Shown piece after piece: positions 62,401-64,000 of a stretch of DNA of 64,000 nucleotides (the stretch's first letter is position 1; every line of letters begins with the position of its first letter). The notes below the pieces were generated by a model. It worked only from the letters and a program-made list of their open reading frames with translations. It was not told the DNA's origin and did not search any database. The stretch comes from Histomonas meleagridis 2922-C6/04-290x (taxonomy: Eukaryota; Protista; Parabasalia). Location of the stretch: assembly GCA_020184695.1 (NCBI GenBank), contig JAANOX010000074.1, positions 1 through 64,000 on the forward strand. The letters run 5' to 3'. Made by a program: the position numbers and the translations under genes.

Positions 62401-64000
62401 TTTTATCATTATATTGAATCGGATGTAATCTATCTCTAGATAAATAATTCGCTAATGTATTAACTAATGATAAAATTGAATTTATTGTAACTTTCCCACC
62501 AACTTTTGATATTTTTATTGTTATTGGTATTTGTGCATCACCATTAGGATTTATTGATGACCATCTATAAGCTCCTGATAATTGAAATACTGCCATTGTT
62601 AAATAATCATAAATTTGTTCTCCTCTTCGAATTTGATGTATATGATTTCGAGGTTTATAAAATGAGACTTTAGTTTTAGTAAATTCGCATGAATATGTTA
62701 CTGCTTTATTTGCTTCTTCAAAGATTATTAATGGTGATGATAATTTAAATCGGAAATCATCACTTTCGATTATTAAATGTGGATGATCTTCTGGATGTGT
62801 AATACATTCATATGGTGGATTCATTATCGAAAATAATCGAAATCGTACATTATTAAATAAAATAGAGACAAAATATGAATATGGAAAGAAGTTAAATATT
62901 GTATCTTTGATGATTTGAAATGGATAATATGACGCCCAATCTGTACCAAATTGTGAAAAAAAGTCAATATGATATGGTACTAAAACTATATCATTATCAT
63001 TAAATTCAGCAGATATAGCCATTTGTGTTACACCATTCCATTGTTCTGGATAAAACATTGATATGTTTAATGTTAATTCTTTGGATATTATTAATGGCGG
63101 TGTATTTGGTAATGATACTTCAATGGTAACATCAGTAAATTGACATGATATATCCATTTTATTTTCATTTTGTGATGAACAATATTGTGGTGATAATATT
63201 ATCATTTGTCCATCTTTCCCAAATGTAATTGTTGTGCTTTCATTTCTATTTTCTTCGGTTACAAACGGTATTTTAATAATCCCTCCTTCTGGAAATTGAA
63301 TTTGAAAGGTCCACATTTTAATCCTTGAACGTACATCATCATAAATTATTAGGTCATTATATAAAAAAGGTGAATAAAATTCCATAAATGCTCTTCTTAG
63401 TTTATCGGTAAACGGTCCGTATTCAATTTCAACTTTTTGAGCGAAATTCACGTTAATTATCATCTCGGGTTGATGAGTGACTTGTGATGGCGCCGAAATA
63501 TCTTCGGATTGAAGATACATACCACAAATATCCGAAATTATTTCGACTTCTATGTTTTCTGTTTTGATAATTGGGATTTTTGTATGAGAACGTTCATAAA
63601 TATTTCGCATTGATTTCATATACCATTCTGTTTCAGTGATAACTTGTGGTACTGACTTAAATGATACTGTATTTATATCAAAAGAGAGACTATATTTTAG
63701 ACAATGATGAATTGATTCTCGTGGAATTATTGTGTACTTCCCAAGAATAGATTCTGCTCTTAAAATTAAAAATGATGGAAGCTTTGGGTTACCAAAAACA
63801 ATTTGGCTTGCATAAATTTTGAATTTTAATGGTAAAATCATTCTTAAAAAAACTGATAATTCATGTGGTTCAGAAGCAGGATATAATGATTTTATGTAAT
63901 CGCCTATTTCTTTTGTTGTTTGTCCGTTTTCGAATTTTTTTACTATTTCTTCAACTAAATTAGTTGTCCATGTTCGATTATAAATAATTAAATTTAAACC
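56417..64000 (-). CDS. Bridge-like lipid transfer protein BLTP1/KIAA1109/Csf1-like (5' end outside window)
   Basis: Frame is open from 64000 (GLNLIIYNRTW...). IVFGNP motif near the N-terminus; C-terminus PDISWLLNLFGISDAHIIPASLFEYVCLGLESFL resembles the KIAA1109 C-terminal motif. Confidence 0.7.
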   Translation of the reverse strand, partial: GLNLIIYNRTWTTNLVEEIVKKFENGQTTKEIGDYIKSLYPASEPHELSVFLRMILPLKFKIYASQIVFGNPKLPSFLILRAESILGKYTIIPRESIHHCLKYSLSFDINTVSFKSVPQVITETEWYMKSMRNIYERSHTKIPIIKTENIEVEIISDICGMYLQSEDISAPSQVTHQPEMIINVNFAQKVEIEYGPFTDKLRRAFMEFYSPFLYNDLIIYDDVRSRIKMWTFQIQFPEGGIIKIPFVTEENRNESTTITFGKDGQMIILSPQYCSSQNENKMDISCQFTDVTIEVSLPNTPPLIISKELTLNISMFYPEQWNGVTQMAISAEFNDNDIVLVPYHIDFFSQFGTDWASYYPFQIIKDTIFNFFPYSYFVSILFNNVRFRLFSIMNPPYECITHPEDHPHLIIESDDFRFKLSSPLIIFEEANKAVTYSCEFTKTKVSFYKPRNHIHQIRRGEQIYDYLTMAVFQLSGAYRWSSINPNGDAQIPITIKISKVGGKVTINSILSLVNTLANYLSRDRLHPIQYNDKIPPATLEYINASSIIVLVDNGTVKVPIDLYETEDYVTLNFMNMLVSMESYYPFWHFFFDIGCATVRVPRTDYPYDKFYNERYHDPEGPQEGLLHVESISISMKTISDLLEGKYSDIYTKISVEIGQIDGHVLLPQLFSSLDLAFNIIHDFFSDDSYPLPKFDPDNIYNISIYRVTVGGINLLLDMGSLGLVAAVLPGGVIVYGDSYIDFNTHFSIFVSLPSIDAHILRIDPETNNIRSIFRASTYLSIIRDTHCGNNINDINEQYLYLQKHGFKKYLFPFIFKNKSQLGKEFFQLPEMLRKETYYSYLGEQYNLYQAMFSNPKENGDYTLPVFCIDYPSKKSFINMEDGINWLHHFEYYRAYNHLSPTITRKVSKSNKLFFNKPFCSKPHQIFNIDGVDFYANEVGIRLILPNEIKVQLNPLAIPIFTVLLTMNDLPPNSHVLVSLVRSMVSDEYELYHYIQNQISVIIPKITIRIIDPKFEFVVTIEKIKLFRDHSIIDQNISLNLNIHKILIAGKVNEENNALLAISIPNILFSNQNSETILKVNPIAISMNHDSYKFLNVVLTKILNLMNDITLPSGPPSGLLENLLKNSKDFENLKKHIQDVMYDFGPCSITKATNAYLTALYIKNSIMEDLHDFSRNWKLTKYNKNSFKGYESYNKFIIMLPPLALHITHDQNEKTELQIFSYPLMIETKNELTSITGGIDRILLHISSHFIPFLLKSLPDFNLLNENKAEDLFNENILMNNTNIENENNNNNDSKNEILIHFVINNIAIDFNQILAKLQTFSFLFKTSSNPKSFHKFGLTCSFSDFQVTIGKVVNIVLKGSDLCQLIDSKESILNIRPIYIYCTLAFIFHPEKYIDLTFVENITKYLDEQTKNTTKQEEKSTDFEKITHDLSTTIRINEIQIVVPITSIITANFILPYCNIVTNSNDKILNFMTKISKSNLSFGKELNFELVDILGYGRITKNKIYFCTMSSPIIAEAGSNRLSAIAIVLNNIFSYIEELQKDTKDDIINEEEQINEENEIVIQNKNSKKKKFEFELLFQIPEFSFNISEINSGLNMTQINWQMSNQNDGIDFSINFNKIILSSYESKIQTSVSIISMKNTLVFKLDPIKILITKSLINSIPNFLQFVDVMRTRFNEQEYVYSKVQEVIEIVQTTVENKADEIIKNMQTAKKEENQKTNVISNQFFFEILNLQLNIELPNGEFYSEIPQILFYIQTKKTEKEKEISAGFTFKLKDFLLIFDRKESKSIKYQNKKKNINDVSKVKCNYICISGISYLNQVNINTIVDGIEVNLFSTLPIAFSHILSLLNNIKSLIPERKQENQIKRFTNETNQINYENVGIEISGTFKCKNIDIILLPISNNLKIPLFSVELLLAKKHLSLILIIPELIKASFSPSLLNWLNNFLKNMDNLTNLIPSNLNNNNNVTNNNNNAKQINLTFDLIVTTKDIEIHFGCQPRRKDISLVLGLKSLNGLMSSVQSSFNIQINNIFLQTQNQFALQTENSRNSKLFEFNIPITNAFLSPSLIVVNIDRISTSFSSDKVEEISLFNDIWVQPLLYLFKSTTNNNNNEIIKNKINLNQNNENNENNKIKIDLKIGQFNLLFNYAAGVGFLKLDVTPIQVEKSLNQFIVSIKSTTIASMGQLMFDFDLANLIFVRTVQPLNMINYLNFQSVSLQMSSNNAPNLLFSMKRTHLFYRTISINSESQGVLLLSLESPSIKLTGVTIPTMISFYKTISDPILTSIERGNRRNSEEEPLIIKIEKKKQQQPMNSKLSVILSNVNFELYKYDLKENNAFRLSALGIFLNLGLAQTPEGQMFRKLQLSLKPINLAKMVVDKAGAQQLRSILKLPLIKGELDTTQKSHEDTQIQYNFITTFDGLIDPSLNLSDYEQLVTAIKFAVGQVKIGNGETGNQKIEEDEKPKVAYTFIPVQYQFNPGFKVGIGASFSPDISWLLNLFGISDAHIIPASLFEYVCLGLESFLRALAGSIAMTE

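Overview
AT-rich, compact, apparently intron-poor eukaryotic DNA using the standard code. It is most likely a parabasalid (trichomonad). This is inferred from the BspA-like LRR surface protein, DUF3447-like ankyrin proteins, degenerate BEACH protein, Rab/Myb paralogs, a TCACTT Inr-like motif, and many stops embedded in TAAA. Ordinary genes: IFT172 (5' end outside window), PMT-family glycosyltransferase, BEACH protein, CCT3, WDR11-like, two Rabs, PPP phosphatase, HEAT/ARM proteins, Myb, RPL6, nitrilase, HxxxDG acyltransferase, BLTP1/KIAA1109-like (5' end outside window) and tRNA-Phe(GAA). The standout is three loci (13.4-15.2 kb +, 32.2-35.4 kb -, 52.3-56.2 kb -) where an ankyrin-protein gene continues past its apparent stop as a ~170-nt-period array. 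Each unit is a stop-free, ~30-codon ankyrin block (TAL...INAKD) plus an AT-rich spacer sitting at the ankyrin beta-hairpin. By hand count, 27 spacers are exactly 80 nt despite strong sequence divergence. They contain stops, shift the frame and lack conserved GT-AG ends, yet all 27 ankyrin blocks in the two intact loci are open and the last block ends in a normal C-terminus. This points to an unrecognised processing step (non-canonical splicing, translational bypass or DNA-level cassette joining) that could build variable ankyrin binders. The mechanism is inference and needs RNA data. Other unannotated items: an eIF5A-like pseudogene lacking the hypusine motif, a possible mariner relic, a BspA gene split by a 1-nt frameshift, and a 794-aa secreted protein with a cationic amphipathic segment.
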